Assembly (NCBI GenBank): GCA_964016885.1
Contig: OZ024741.1
Span: 294,376,001 to 294,440,000, forward strand
Reading direction: 5' to 3'
Origin: Eledone cirrhosa
Lineage: Eukaryota
DNA: 64,000 bases
The notes beneath the pieces are model-generated. The model did not search any database and was not told where the DNA came from. It was given only the letters and a program-made list of their open reading frames with translations. The translations under genes were made by a program, and so were the position numbers. Positions 13,174 through 26,846 of this stretch are shown here, in pieces (position 1 is the first letter of the stretch; each line of letters starts with the position of its first letter).

Positions 13174-14253
13174 ATATGTATGTGTATGTGTGTGTATAAG
13201 TAACTGTGTAACTGAATCCTTAGCTAAATCCCACAGAGATTAGCTTTGCTTTTCACTCTTACGGGGTCAATAAAATAAAGTACTAGTAATGCACTAGGGT
13301 CGATTTAATCAACTTTTCCCTCCCCAAAAATGTGTTGGTCTTTTGCCTAAATCTGAAACCGTTGTTTCATCAATATTCTTGTTATTGCTCTCTCTCTCTC
13401 CCTTCTCTCTCCCCCTCTCTCATATTATTGATTTCTCTCAATATAAAATATAGCATTGTCATTACCCAGAGTTTCTTCTTGAATGATTATTGGATTACTT
13501 GATAATGATGACGATGATGATGATGGTGATGACTTGTGAAAGTGTCACTATTATTGAGATGTTCTTTCCTGTATTCACACAATATATCCATTTATTTTTA
13601 TAACATTTTTCTTTGAAAACTTGTTTCCAACACCAATACTTTGCAGGTCATTTCTTGGTTATGAAAATGATCCATCTTACATACTCAAGTGTATAAACTT
13701 TGCATATCACTACCCTTATCACATCCATTTCCATTTCTATAGTGGCTAATGAATTATTGAACCATAATTATCATCGAAGCATATTTATATATTTTTTTAA
13801 TTTGCACCCTTCCAACTAATTATTACGTGTCATTGACGTAAAGGCTGGTGCAGTTGTTGCATTCTCAAACGTTGTAATCCACTAGCAATGTCAGTCTAAA
13901 CTATGTGTTTGGATCATCATCATCATCATCATCATTTGTACATTTCACTTTCATGTTGGTATGGGTTAGATGAGTCTTTCTTTGAGGAATTGTTTTATGA
14001 CCAGATGTTGGCATCAGTGAGGACTGATGCCAACTTTTATTCTACTACCTCTTATTGAACAACTAAGCTACATAACATATTGTTTGTGCAGGCCATAAAC
14101 AAATTTCATTGGCTGCCCGAGTTGTGTCAATATGAAGACAAATGTGGATGGGTTATTAGTCAACAAGTTGATATTTTCATATACCAATATTTTCATTATA
14201 TATATATAAATGAGTAATAGTTTAACCAGTTTCTTACTGAATCCATCTAGGTT

Positions 14254-14325
<72 letters not shown>

Positions 14326-14348
14326 CATATATATATACATATATATAT

Positions 14349-17020
14349 CATCATCATCATCATCACCGTTTTACGTCCGTTCTTCCACGCTAGCATGGGT
14401 TAGACGGGTTGTCCTGTTGTGGGCAGTGTCTGGTCGGCTGACCATGCCTTGCTCATACAGGAACTGATCTGGCTTGATTTCTACAGCTGGATGCCCTTCC
14501 TAACACCAACCTCATTTACAGTGAGTGCTGGGTGCTTTTTTGTGGCGCCTACACGTCCACTTTACAGTGTAGGCTGGGTGCTTTTTTGCCGTGGCACCTC
14601 CACGACCACCTTGCGGTGGAGGGAGTGGGGGCATATTGTTTATATGCTTCAGCATGTACCCATGGGAGGTCGGGTACCCTGTATTACTGCGTGACGCCAG
14701 AAGTCACGGTCGTGTGTCATTGACTTTGAGAGGTGTAGTTGGGTAAGGTCAGCTTTTATCACCTCATCCCAAGTCATCTTGGGTCTCCCCACTCCGCAGT
14801 TTCCATCAACTTCTAGTGCTCTGCACCTTTTTATGCAGCTGTCATCCTTCATACGGATCACATGTCCATACCAGCGTAACCGCCTCTCCTGCACGCAGCA
14901 TTTGATTCCTCTTATGCTCAGTCTCTCTCTCAATTCCTTTATGCTTTGTCGTTCACGTATATTACTGTTACACATCCATCGGAGCATGCAGGCTTCGTTT
15001 CTCTCTAATCTACGTAAGTCTTCCACCTTCAGCGCCCAGGTCTCACTACCATGCAACATCGCTGTTTGGATACACGCATCATACAGTCTGCCTTTCATTC
15101 TGAGGGAGAAGCCTTTTGCAGCTAGCAGTGGTAGTAGTTCCCTAAACTTCTTCCATCCCGTTCTTACCCTAGTTATTGTACTTTCTGAGCACCCACCTCT
15201 GTTGCTAATTCGGTCACCTAGGTAGCAGAAGCTGTCTACTGTTTCTACAGGGCCCTCCCAGAGATTGGTGGTACTTGTTTCCTGTGGCTGTTTGCTTGCT
15301 GTTTCAGCACAGCTGCTGCATGTGAATCCTACATTCTTAATTAAGCTTCCTGAGATCCCGCTACATCTCTTGTGTACCCATTGTTTGCATTTGGGGCAGA
15401 GAATGGAGTTCCTACCTACACCTTTCCTACATACTGAGCAAGGCCATTTCCCTGAGGGGATCTGGGTTCTGTTTTCTCGTCTACTTACAAGGACCTTAGT
15501 CTTTGTCAGGTTGACTTTGAGGCCCTTTCTCTCTAGTCCCTGCTTCCAGGTTTGGAATTTATTCTCTAGTTCTACCATAGATTCAGCTATGAGTGCGAGG
15601 TCATCAGCATACAGGAGTTCCCATGGGCACCCGGTCTTAAACTCCTCCGTTATTGCCTGCAGGACTATGATGAACAGGAGAGGGCTAAGAACAGAGCCAT
15701 GGTGGACCCCAACCTGTACGCTAAATTCCTCGCTATACTCATTGCTAATCTTAACTTTGCTGACTGCTCCCCTATACATGGCTTGTACCGCTTTCACAAG
15801 CCATTCATCTACTCCTAGTTTTCTAAGAGCCCACCAGATTACTGCACGTGGAACTCTGTCAAAGGCTTTCTCAAGGTCGACAAATGCCAAGTAGAGTGGC
15901 TTACTTTTAGCTAGGTACTTTTCCTGTAATTGCCTCACAAGGAAGAGGGCATCAGTGGTGCTTTTCCCTGGTACAAACCCAAATTGCATCTCGTCTATAT
16001 TTACCCGGTCCCTAATCAGCTGTGCTATAACTCTTTCTGTTACTTTCATGACCTGGTCCATCAACTTTATACCTCTATAGTTTCCTCTATCTAGTGCATC
16101 GCCTTTACCTTTGTAGCAGTTGACAATGATGCTACTGCACCAATCTTTTGGTATGGCCCCTTCTAATATTACCTGGTTAACGATACGTGTGGTTATAGTG
16201 TGACCTACAGACCCAGATGCCTTCAGCATCTCGGCAGCTATACCCGATGGACCGGTTGCCTTCCCTATCTTCATATCTCTGATTGCCTTACTTACTACGC
16301 TGCCGCTGACTTGTACTGCTGGTCCCTCTATAGGGTCTACGTGGGGTAGGGTCTCTTCTTCCCATGCATTCTCCTCATTTAGTAATCTATCATAATGACT
16401 CTTCCATGCATCTTTCTTCTCAGCACTTGTGAGGGCAAGCTCACCTTTATCATTCCGGATACAATTCTCTCCAATGACATCACAACTATCTCTGACACAC
16501 TGCCTCGCAATCTTGAATATCTCCTGTTTCTGGTCCTCACGTTGTAAAACATGCTTGAATTTTCTATCCTCTGCTTCCCTCCTAGCTAAGTATACTTGTC
16601 GCCTAGCTTCCCTCTTGGTCTCTATGTAATGTACCCTGCTCCCCCCATTCTTCCATTCTTTCCATGCCTGTCTCTTGGCCTTGACTGCTTCATCTACCTT
16701 ATTGTTCCACCACCAAGTCACTTTCCTCCTGCTTGAGGTCTTACTCCAGCCACAAACCTCATCCGTCGCCTCTAGTAAGTTATTTTTTAGGAACTCCCAG
16801 TTCTCTTCTACGTTAAATGTCTCTATCTGTTCTTCTTTACTGTCGTAGGCGTTGAGTAAAATATCTTTAAGTCTGTTACTGGTTGAGGGGACTTTCAGCT
16901 TCCAGATCTTTCTTCTCCAGGTTGGCCTCTGTTTCCGGGTTCGTCTAGTTCTGACCGTGAGGTCGCTGACAACTAAGCTATGTTGGGATGTACATTCCTC
17001 ACTAGGGAAGGCTTTTGTGT
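14349..17020 (-). mobile_element. Young 5'-truncated RTE-clade LINE inserted in (TA)n
   Basis: Uninterrupted ORF with RT motifs ([38 protein letters not shown]), 3' UTR and (GAT)n tail; TA repeats on both sides. Confidence 0.95.
14649..17020 (-). CDS. RTE ORF (end of endonuclease region, RT, internal PHD finger), ~790 aa. The ORF-track N-terminus MYIYIY is microsatellite read-through.
   Basis: ORF track 14649..17072. C-x2-C-x10-C-x2-C-x4-H-x2-C-x14-C-x2-C at ~15305-15452. Confidence 0.9.
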
Positions 17021-17946
17021 TTATACATATATATATATATACATCTATATATACATATATATATATATACATATATATATATACATCTATATATACATAT
17101 ATACATATATATACATATACACGATTACATTATTATTAGTAATTTCTGTGCTTCACCAAATTCAGAACTCGATGTTTCACATTTTTATCCATGGAAAAAA
17201 GGGAAAAAGAAAGGGAAATCCATTTAATTTTGTCTTTTTTGTCTGTATCCATGGAGATATAGTTAACATTAAATTGTTGAATGTATTAGTACAGAGTGGT
17301 AAAAACTCTTTGGAGAGCTGGACTGCAGAAGGTCTTCAGAGAAGAAACCCCACTCAAGCAAGTCTTTCAACCCTTAACAGAGTATTGTCATGATAGCAAC
17401 AATACATGAATATTCAGTTCATTTATTTCATTATTCCATTCTAGGATCAATTCAAATAGGTACACTTTACTCAACAATATTATATAAATAAATTAGTTTA
17501 GTTGAAAAGAAGGTAATAGCCCTGAAATATCATGTTGATATATACTGGCTAAAACCTTACTTTGTTTTATTTTATTTGTCATTCTTTGCCCTTCATACAT
17601 TTCTACTGCATTGTAGCAGCTTTCTGAAACTTATCAGTCATTGATCAAATATTATGTAAGTTCTATAGTTGCTCACATAACATTACATAAATATATTCTG
17701 AAGCACATTAAAGTCCTGCTTATTGTACTATTATTTTTCTATCTTATACTATTATTTCTGGTTTGGGACCATATATCAATGAAACAAAAACTTTGTTTGG
17801 ATGCATTATCATTGTATTATTTCCTGTTTTAAGATTTGCTCTAGTTTTGAAAATTCATCAGTATATATATATATATATATATATACTCTTTTACTCTTTT
17901 ACCTGTTTCAGCCATCCGGCTGAGGCCATGCTGGGGCACCGATATA

Positions 17947-18140
17947 TATAAAGAAAAAAAGATGAAATCGAAAATGCAACTGGAGTCTTATTTTTTAAAA
18001 AATATATATATTTTTATATATATATATATTTTAAAAATAAGACCCCAGTTGCATTTTCGATTTCATCTTTTTTTCTTTATACTTTCACTCGTGTAGGACA
18101 CCTCGGTTATTTTTCATTTTGTAAAAAAAAACTCACTTTC

Positions 18141-18142
<2 letters not shown>
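17947..18142. repeat. Inverted repeat (~60-bp arms, TA-rich centre) plus ~60-bp one-sided tail
   Basis: TATAAAGAAAAAAAGATGAAATCGAAAATGCAACTGG...CCAGTTGCATTTTCGATTTCATCTTTTTTTCTTTATA, lying in (TA)n. Confidence 0.85.
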
Positions 18143-18206
<64 letters not shown>

Positions 18207-18215
18207 ATATATATG

Positions 18216-18277
<62 letters not shown>

Positions 18278-18444
18278 TAGTACTTGAGATAAAGTCCCTT
18301 ATTGTACAGCCAACCATGTTACTCTTCATTCTTTCACTATATATATATATGTATGTATGTATGTATCTATGTATATATGTATATATGTATGTGTATGTAT
18401 ATATATGTATGTATATATATGTATATATATGTATATATATGTAT

Positions 18445-18820
18445 CACCATCATCATCATTTTGCGTCCACTTTTCCCTGCTTGCAAGGGTTGGATGGGTC
18501 CTATTCAGCACAGTAGCTCTCCACTTGTCACGGTCCTTCGTCTTCTCCTCCATGAGTCTCAGCAATCTGAGGTCTTTCTCTACTACGTCTTCCTTCTACT
18601 GGGATTTCTTGGCACTTCTTTACCCACCGGTCATCCTCCATGCACATCACATGTCCATGCCATCTCAGTCTTCTCTCCTGCACACCACAACTTATCCCTC
18701 TTATACCCAGTTTCTTTCTCAACTCATCTATGCTTGGTCATTCACTCACATTGAAATTACACATCCAATGGAGCATGCTTGCTTCATTTCTCTCCTGCCA
18801 TCGCATATCCTCTGCAGGGT
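18445..18820 (-). mobile_element. RTE LINE 3' fragment (subfamily of 35995-36899)
   Basis: Encodes ERRLRWHGHVMCMEDDRWVKKCQEIPVEGRRS; GCAAGCAGGGAAAAG tail. Confidence 0.88.
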
Positions 18821-19084
18821 CTAGCTTCAAGATTGCTAGGTCCAATCTTTATAGACCTCTAACAAAAAACTGTGCCAAGGACAATTTAGCTCCTATTTCT
18901 TCCAAATTGTATTAAATTTAAAAAATTCCATCGCAACTTTCATTTGATATATCTAAATACATTCATATGTATGTGTGAATGTTTATGTGGGCAAGTGTGT
19001 GGCAGTTTGTGGGGTGCATGTGGGTGTGGAGACTGATATTTCTCCATGTTTTGTCATTTATTATTAATGATTGATGGAATGATA

Positions 19085-19263
19085 ATTAAGACATCATTAT
19101 AATGATGATATTCATCCTTATTAACATCATCTTCATTATCATCACCACTATCTTTATCATTACCAGCATCATCATCAGCATCATCATCACCCTCATTACC
19201 ATCATCATCACCATCATCACAACCATCATCACCACTATCATCATCACCATCACCACCACAATC

Positions 19264-19300
<37 letters not shown>

Positions 19301-19345
19301 CTGCTATCATCATCTTCATTATCATCATGATAATCAAAACCATCA
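19085..19345. repeat. (CAT/CAC)n low-complexity tract
   Basis: Direct inspection; explains the poly-Asp/Met/Ile ORFs. Confidence 0.9.
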
Positions 19346-19499
19346 CTCAGTTTGTGGAACACATATATAAACAGATGTCACTAGAAACCAATGATAAACA
19401 GATATCTCATATAATGATGGGTATCATTTGACAAGGTGAAGCAATCATCATCATCTATATATATTTGTGTATGGGCAGTACATTTTTTTGTCATTTAAA

Positions 19500-20500
19500 C
19501 AACAATAATAATTGTTTCTACTTTGTGCACAAGACCTATAATTTGGTGGGAAGGCGAAAGTCAATTGAATCTACCTCAATGCATTGCTGGTACTTTATTT
19601 TTGACGCTGTAAGGATGAAAGGCAAAGCTAATAATTGTTTCTACTTTTGGCACATGGACAGCAATTTTAAGAGAAGTGTTACTCTTACTGTATTTCATCG
19701 ACCCCATAAGATAAAAGGCAGAGTTGACCTTGGTGCAATTTTAAACCAGATTGTAGAAGGGCATAACGAAATACTGCAATGCATTTTATCCAATGTACTG
19801 ATGATTCTGTCAACCCACTGTCCCTACCTTATAATAATAATGGTTTCTGATTTAGGTACAAGGCCAATAATTTGAGGAGAGAATAAAATCAATTAAATTG
19901 ACTCCAGTGCATTACAGGTGCTTTATTTTATCAACCCCATAAGGATGAAAGGCCAACAATTTTGGAAGCAAAACTGATAAAATCAATCCCAGTGTGTTAC
20001 TGGTAATTGTTTTTATTGGCCCTATAAGGATGAAAGGCAAAGCAAACATTAGCAGGATTTTAACTCAGAATGTAAAGAACATAACTATATGTCGTAAAAC
20101 ATGTCCCACTTTACAAATACTGTGAACCCACTGCTCTACTGCCCCCAACGATAATAATAATGGTTTCTAATTTAGGCACAAGGTCGACAAATTGGGTGGA
20201 GAGGAGAAAGTCAACTAAATCAATCCCAAAATTTGACTGGTACTTTATTCTATTGATCCCAGAATGATGACAGGCAATATTAGTCTTGAGAGAATGTTAA
20301 CTCAGAATGTACCAGCAGAAACAGTACCAAGTATTTTGCACAGAATTCTAACAAATTTGTTAATAAGCACAAAGCAAGAAACCTTTTTGTGTTGGACAAG
20401 GGATTGAACAGTTAATTAAATTAACCCCAGTACATTACTGCTAGTTATGGACTCCATGAAGATGAAAGGCCAAGTTCACCTTGTTGGAATTTGAAATCCT
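19500..20500 (-). mobile_element. Cluster of old, nested family-A-related SINE fragments
   Basis: Repeated degenerate CTGGTACTTTATTTTATCGACCCC...GGATGAAAGGCAAAG modules. Confidence 0.7.
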
Positions 20501-20773
20501 CATCATCAATCAAACTTTAGAACACTTGCGTTAACCATTTTACCTTAATGTTTGAGAATTTCCTAAAACCATTGAATCCATGAAAAACTGAAAAATAAAA
20601 CAAAATATAATTAAATTTAAAAATATAGATAAAAAAAACACGTAAAAAGTCATAAAAAACAAGGAACAGGAAAGCCAAGCCTTAGATGGGAAGTTTGAAA
20701 CTTTATCCGAAATGGAATTTTTTTCTGTAATATGTAAGTAATTAACTCGAGAATATAGTCATTACACACACAG

Positions 20774-20812
<39 letters not shown>

Positions 20813-20951
20813 GTGTGTGCATGTATGTATGCATGCATGTATATGTGTGTACGTATATATGTATGTTTATATGTGTGTAGACATGTATATGTGTATGTGT
20901 ATTAAATATATATCAGCATCAGCATCATTTAACGTCCATTAAAAGGTGATG

Positions 20952-21073
<122 letters not shown>

Positions 21074-21100
21074 CCACACACACATATATCTATATATATA

Positions 21101-21186
<86 letters not shown>

Positions 21187-21649
21187 ACATATTATGTGCA
21201 CACAAATAGAATAAGATAAATAAATAAATATATGTAAACAAACATTTCTATTACAAAATTAAGTTTGGCAAATATATAGCTATTGGAATATCCATTAAAC
21301 CCAGGGTGTATATACAAATGTTTTGTTACTTGCATTCTTATTTTAGTTTATTTATATTACTTATTTAGTTTTGTTTATTTATTTCATTATTATTATTATT
21401 GCTATTATTATTATTATTATTATTATTATTATCATCATCATCATATATTTATTTATTTTCTTGTATTTGGTTTGTTGGGACTTGTGTGAGAAGAATTACT
21501 AATTATTTTAATGTTCTTTTTTCTCATGTCATGTCTTTGATTAAAAAGTTTTGGTAAGTGGTTCCTCATTGAAATTGGTGTGGTTTTGTCTGTGTTCAGT
21601 TAATTATATATATATATATATATATGTTTATGTATGTATATATGTAACA

Positions 21650-21854
21650 GATAGGGTGTGGTATATAACCAGGTAGACCATAACCCACCAGAGTACTCGA
21701 TACACTGTAGTAGAGTGGGTAATATGAAAAGATTCAGGACCCCGACAGCAGAGCTCCAGCCGTTTTGACAGCTAGATCTGAACTGGCACTTCAGTTCAGA
21801 TCTACTGTCAAAATGGCTGGAGCTCAGCCATCGGAGTCCTGAATCTTTTCATAT
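21650..21854. repeat. Hairpin (~64-bp arms, 6-nt loop) with ~70-bp one-sided tail
   Basis: Arms 21722-21785 and 21792-21854 (ATATGAAAAGATTCAGGAC...GTCCTGAATCTTTTCATAT), within TA tracts. Confidence 0.85.
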
Positions 21855-21866
21855 ATATATATATAT

Positions 21867-21868
<2 letters not shown>

Positions 21869-21901
<33 letters not shown>

Positions 21902-24900
21902 TGTTTAACGTCCATATTCCACGCTTGCATGGGTTTGGACGGGAGTTTTCCCACTTGAGGCAAGAGTGGTTGTCTTGCTCGCATAGGACTGTCTGGCGGG
22001 TTTTCTATGGCTGGATGCCCTTCATAACACCAACCACATTTACAGTGTGGAACTGGGAGGTTTTTACCGTGTTACCTACATGGCCACATTACAGCGTGGA
22101 CTGTGTGTTTTTTTTGTCGTGACACCTACACGACCTCATTTGTTTCGGGCTGGATGTTGTGGTACCAACATAACTTTACATCGAAAGGGGTGGTGTGGAT
22201 GGGGTGGGGGTAGTAGGACGGGGTGTATTTTGTTAGAGGTGCCTACTGACTGTAGTAGGTTTCACTTTGTACTTAGGTAAGGCGGGTCTTCTCTATTATT
22301 GTGTAGCGCCAAAGATCTCGGTCTAGTGACATTGTCTTGGAGAGGTGTAAGTGTGTGAGGTCGGAATTTATCAAGTCGTCCCAGGCTTTTCTGAGTCTGC
22401 CTACTCCGTGGCTACCGTCTATCTTTATTGCCCTGCACTTTTTATACAGCTGTCGTCTTTCATGCGCATCACGTGACCATACTAACGTAGTCTTCTCTCG
22501 AGTAAACAACATCTGATCCCTCTTATTTCTAATTTTTCCCTTAGTTCGCTTGTGCTTTGCCGTTCACGTATATTACTATTACACATCCAGCGGAGCATGC
22601 AAGCTTCGTTCCTCTCCAGTCTGCGTATATCGTCTGCACACAATGCCCAGGTGTCACTGCCATGTAACATTGCTGTTCGTATGCAGGCATCATACAGCCT
22701 GCCTTTCATTTTTAGGGAGAACCCTTTAGCGGCTAATAGTGGTATAAGCTCTCTGAACTTTTTCCATCCAGTTCTGACTCTAGCTACTGTACTTTCAGAG
22801 CACCCTCCCCCACTGCTGATTTTGTCACCCAGGTAACGGAAGCTGTCCACTATTTCTATAGAACCATCTGTGCAATGGAATGAGCTAGTATTCTGCGGGC
22901 AATTGCTGCTACTTATTGCACCAGAGTACTGGCCACATATAAAATCTATGTTCTTAGTTAGCTTACCTGTGATCCCACTACATCTTTTATGTACCCATAC
23001 TTTGCATTTGGGACATAAAATGGAGTTTCTACCTACTCCTTTCCTACACACTAAGCATGGCCATTTCCCGGATGGGACCGGTGCCCTATTTTCCTTCCTA
23101 CAAACTAGAACTTTAGTCTTTGACAGGTTAATTTTAAGGCCTTTTGATTCTAGGCCATGCTTCCATGTTTGGAATTTCTTCTCTAGTTCGGCCATTGATT
23201 CAGCTATGAGCGTTAGATCATCTGCGTATAGGAGTTCCCATGGGCAGCTGGTCTTGAACTCCACTGTTATAGCCTGAAGGGCAATAATAAATAGTAGGGG
23301 GCTAAGAACGGAGCCCTGATGAACACCAACTTTTACGCTAAACTCTTCACTATATTCGTTGTTAATCCTAACCTTGCTGACTGTTTCTTTATACATGGCT
23401 TGTATAGCTCTCACAAGCCATTCATCAACACCTAGTTTTCTAAGAGCCCACCAGATAATGGAAGGGGGGACTCTGTCGAAGGCTTTCTCCAAGTCGACAA
23501 AAGCTAAGTATAGGGGTTTACTTTTAGCTAGGTACTTCTCCTGTAGTTGTCGTACAATGAAAGAGCGTCTGTGGTACTTTTACCTGACACAAACACGAAC
23601 TGCATTTCATCTAGATCAATTCTCTCTCTGATTAGTTGCACTATTAGTTTTTCTGTGACCTTCATGACCTGGTCGATTAATTTAATGCCTCTATAGTTAC
23701 TCCTATCTAGGGCATCTCCTTTACCCTTGTAACAGTTAATGATGATGCTGCTACGCCAGTCCTTCGGAACAACCCCATTCTGTATGACTTGGTTTACTAT
23801 CCAGGTGACCATGGTGTGTCCCACCGTTCCAGAAGCTTTCAGCATTTCAGCAACTATTTCCGAAGGCCCAGCCGCCTTGCCCGTCTTCATATCTTTGATT
23901 GCCTTACTTATTATACTACCTTCAACTAACACTGCTGGTCCCTCTATTGGGTCGATGTGGGGGAGACTGTCTTTCTCCCATTTATTCTCCTCATTTAGTA
24001 GCCTTTCATAGTGACACTTCCAAGCTACCTTCTTATCAGCGTCAGTGATGGCAAGTACACCATCACCATTAAGGACACACTTCTCCCCGCCAATATCACG
24101 GTTTTCCTTGACACATTGCCTAGCAATCCTGAACACCTCACGTTTTTGGTCCTCGCGTTGTAGAACATGCTTGAACCTTCTTTCCTCTGCTTCCCTTCTT
24201 GCAAAGTACACTTGTCTCCTAGCTTCCCTCCTAGCCACTTGATAGTCTTCTCTACTTCCCCCATCCCGCCATACTTTCCAAGCCTGCTTTTTGGCCTTAA
24301 TTGACTCTTCCAGCTTACTGTTCCACCACCATGTTACTCTCCTCCTGCCTATAGGCCTGCTCAAGCCACAGACTTCGTCTGCCGCCATCAGCAGGTTTGC
24401 TTTCAGGAATTCCCACTGTTCCTCTATATTGTACGACTCTAAATGCTCTTCCTTACTGTCGAAAGCATCAAGTAATATGCTTTTAAATTTATTTCTGGCT
24501 GTGGGGTCCTTTAGCTTCCATATTTTTCTCCTGAGGATAGTCCTCTTCTGCTGTCGAGTACGTCTCGTCCTGACTATGAGGTCGCTAATTATCAGTCTAT
24601 GTTGGGAGGTGCATTCTTCATGGGGGAGGGATTTAGTGTTTACAACAGACACTCTGTCACGTCTTCTGGTAAGGATATAATCTACCTGGCTGGTATGTTC
24701 CCCTGATCTGTAGGTGATCAAGTGATTGTCTCATTTTTTGAAGTTAGTGTTACAGATAGTTAGGTTATTTGCGTCACAGAATTCCAGGATTCTGGAGCCT
24801 TCCTCATTTCTAGTACCAAACCCATAGCCTTCGTGGATTCCATCATAGCCGTCACAATGTTGTCCAACGTGACCATTTAGGTCACCAGCAATAATTATAT

Positions 24901-25428
24901 AGTTACTGTTGGTTATTTGGGAGGTAGTGAGCATCAGTGTCTCATAGAATCTGTCTTTTATAGCGCCAGGCAGTCCGGATTGGGGTGCGTACGCAGATAT
25001 TACTGTCACAGTAGTTCTATTTAGAACAAGTCTTATTTTAATTATTCTCTCATTCACTCTATTTACGTCTATTATCTTATCCACCCATTTTTCTGCTAAC
25101 ATGATTCCTACCCCACCCAGCCCATTGTCATTCCCCACCCAGAAAAGCTTATAGCATCGTTTTTTACCCACAATGAATCTAGCAGACCCGCCCCCCACCT
25201 GGTCTCTTGGATACAGCAAACATCAACCTCCTTACATTCAAGCATATCTACAACCTCGTTAGAGCGGCCTTTTAAGGTGCCTACATTCATGGTACCAACT
25301 CTGAAGTTTTGGATTGCGTTTGGTGGGTGGGGCGCAGGGAGGGGTGAGGGGGATTGGGTTGGGGTTATGTTGGCCATCCGCGGCCGAAACAAAGAGGAGG
25401 AGTCCTTGCCCTTTCATCCAGCATGTAT
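21869..25428 (-). mobile_element. Near-full-length RTE LINE (APE endonuclease + RT + PHD), frameshifted
   Basis: APE motifs [41 protein letters not shown]; RT motifs EKAFDRV, GVHQGSVLSP, LYADDL; (GAT)n tail; (TA)n flanks. Confidence 0.95.
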
Positions 25429-25432
25429 GTAA

Positions 25433-25503
<71 letters not shown>

Positions 25504-26664
25504 AACATATATATATAAACATATATATATATATATATATATATACTTACATACATACATACACACACTCTTAATAAGTGACTCACTGTTGTCATGGTAT
25601 AACACCAATGGCAAAGTATCAAGATTTTGACATTGAAACTCTCGTATTCATATCAAATAACAATCTGGTATTTGTGTAGAAGGCTCATGTGTGATGTGTC
25701 TAGCCAGAGCTAGACTCAGTTAGACTAGTCTGGGCTGGGATGAACTATTGCAGGATGATTATCAAATCAGGGTTCAATCCTGCTGTGCAGCTCTGTTGGC
25801 AAGTGAATTCTACCACAGTCTGGTGCTAACCCAATCATTGTGGGTAAAATTGGGTAGGGGGAAACTGTGGGAGCCCATTGAATTGGCTGTATGTGTTCTT
25901 AGGAAGCAGGCTTAATGTTTTGACCATTTGAAACCACCACTTTGCCCTTTAGAACATTTAGTGGTGTCTACACTGCTGTTAGCATGAGACTAGTTAAACA
26001 AGTTGGTCCACAGGGCTAATGAAACATACGTACCTTGTATGGTGCCATTGTATTAACTGGCCTTAATAACTATATATATGTATATAAGGATTGCTTGTAA
26101 ATGCATTTTAATTTGCTAATTTGATCATTTAATATGATATTCAATAAGAGTCATACTTTAAAAAAAATTAAAGTAGCCATTAACCTAAATTAAAAAAAAA
26201 ATACCAGCATGAAGTCCTGAAAAGTAGTGTAATCCACTGCTTGTAGCTCAGTCAAATGACCCTGATGTAATGCATTAAAATTTCAATATGTCAATAGATA
26301 AAACTTTGATTTTATAAATCAAGGGGTTTGTTAGTTTCAACTCTTAATATTCTGTTATGATTTAGCAGAAAATATTTAAAAATAGAGTTGTTGATTTAAA
26401 TGTTTATAGTATTTTTTATTTCTGAAAAGATTGTTTTGAATAATCGCATTGTTAGAATAAAAACAGATTTTTAATGTGATGCAGTTTTGTACTTTTCAGT
26501 AATGTCATGCTAGTGTGGTTTTATGTGGAACAGGATGCTAAGAGTTAAAGAAACAAAACTTTATTTATCAATTCCTGATATGAAAATATCCCATATATTT
26601 AGTTACTGTTGTTGTTGTTCTTGTTGTTATATAGCCCCAATTTAGCCAAGATCCAGCCTTGACC

Positions 26665-26846
26665 ATTGTCAGTATTGGTAGAGGGTCAGAGGCCATGCTT
26701 TGCAGCATATAGTTACGTCCCTTTACTGAGTTCAAATCCCGCCGAGGTTAACTTTGCCTTTCATCCATACTGGGTCGATAAAATAAAGTACCAGTAATGC
26801 ACTGGGGTAATTGCTAGTTCTGTGCCAAAAGTAGAAACAATTATTT
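26665..26846 (+). mobile_element. tRNA-derived SINE, family A
   Basis: Slightly truncated copy. Confidence 0.85.

Noticed and set aside
14779-16629. Plus-strand ORFs of 66-209 aa opposite the RTE ORF (also 22552-24680 and 36299-36910)
   Set aside because: Antisense shadows of the RT frame with no independent motifs.
25360-25428. HDV-like ribozyme at the RTE 5' end
   Set aside because: The nested double pseudoknot could not be built; the element appears clipped at the TA junction.
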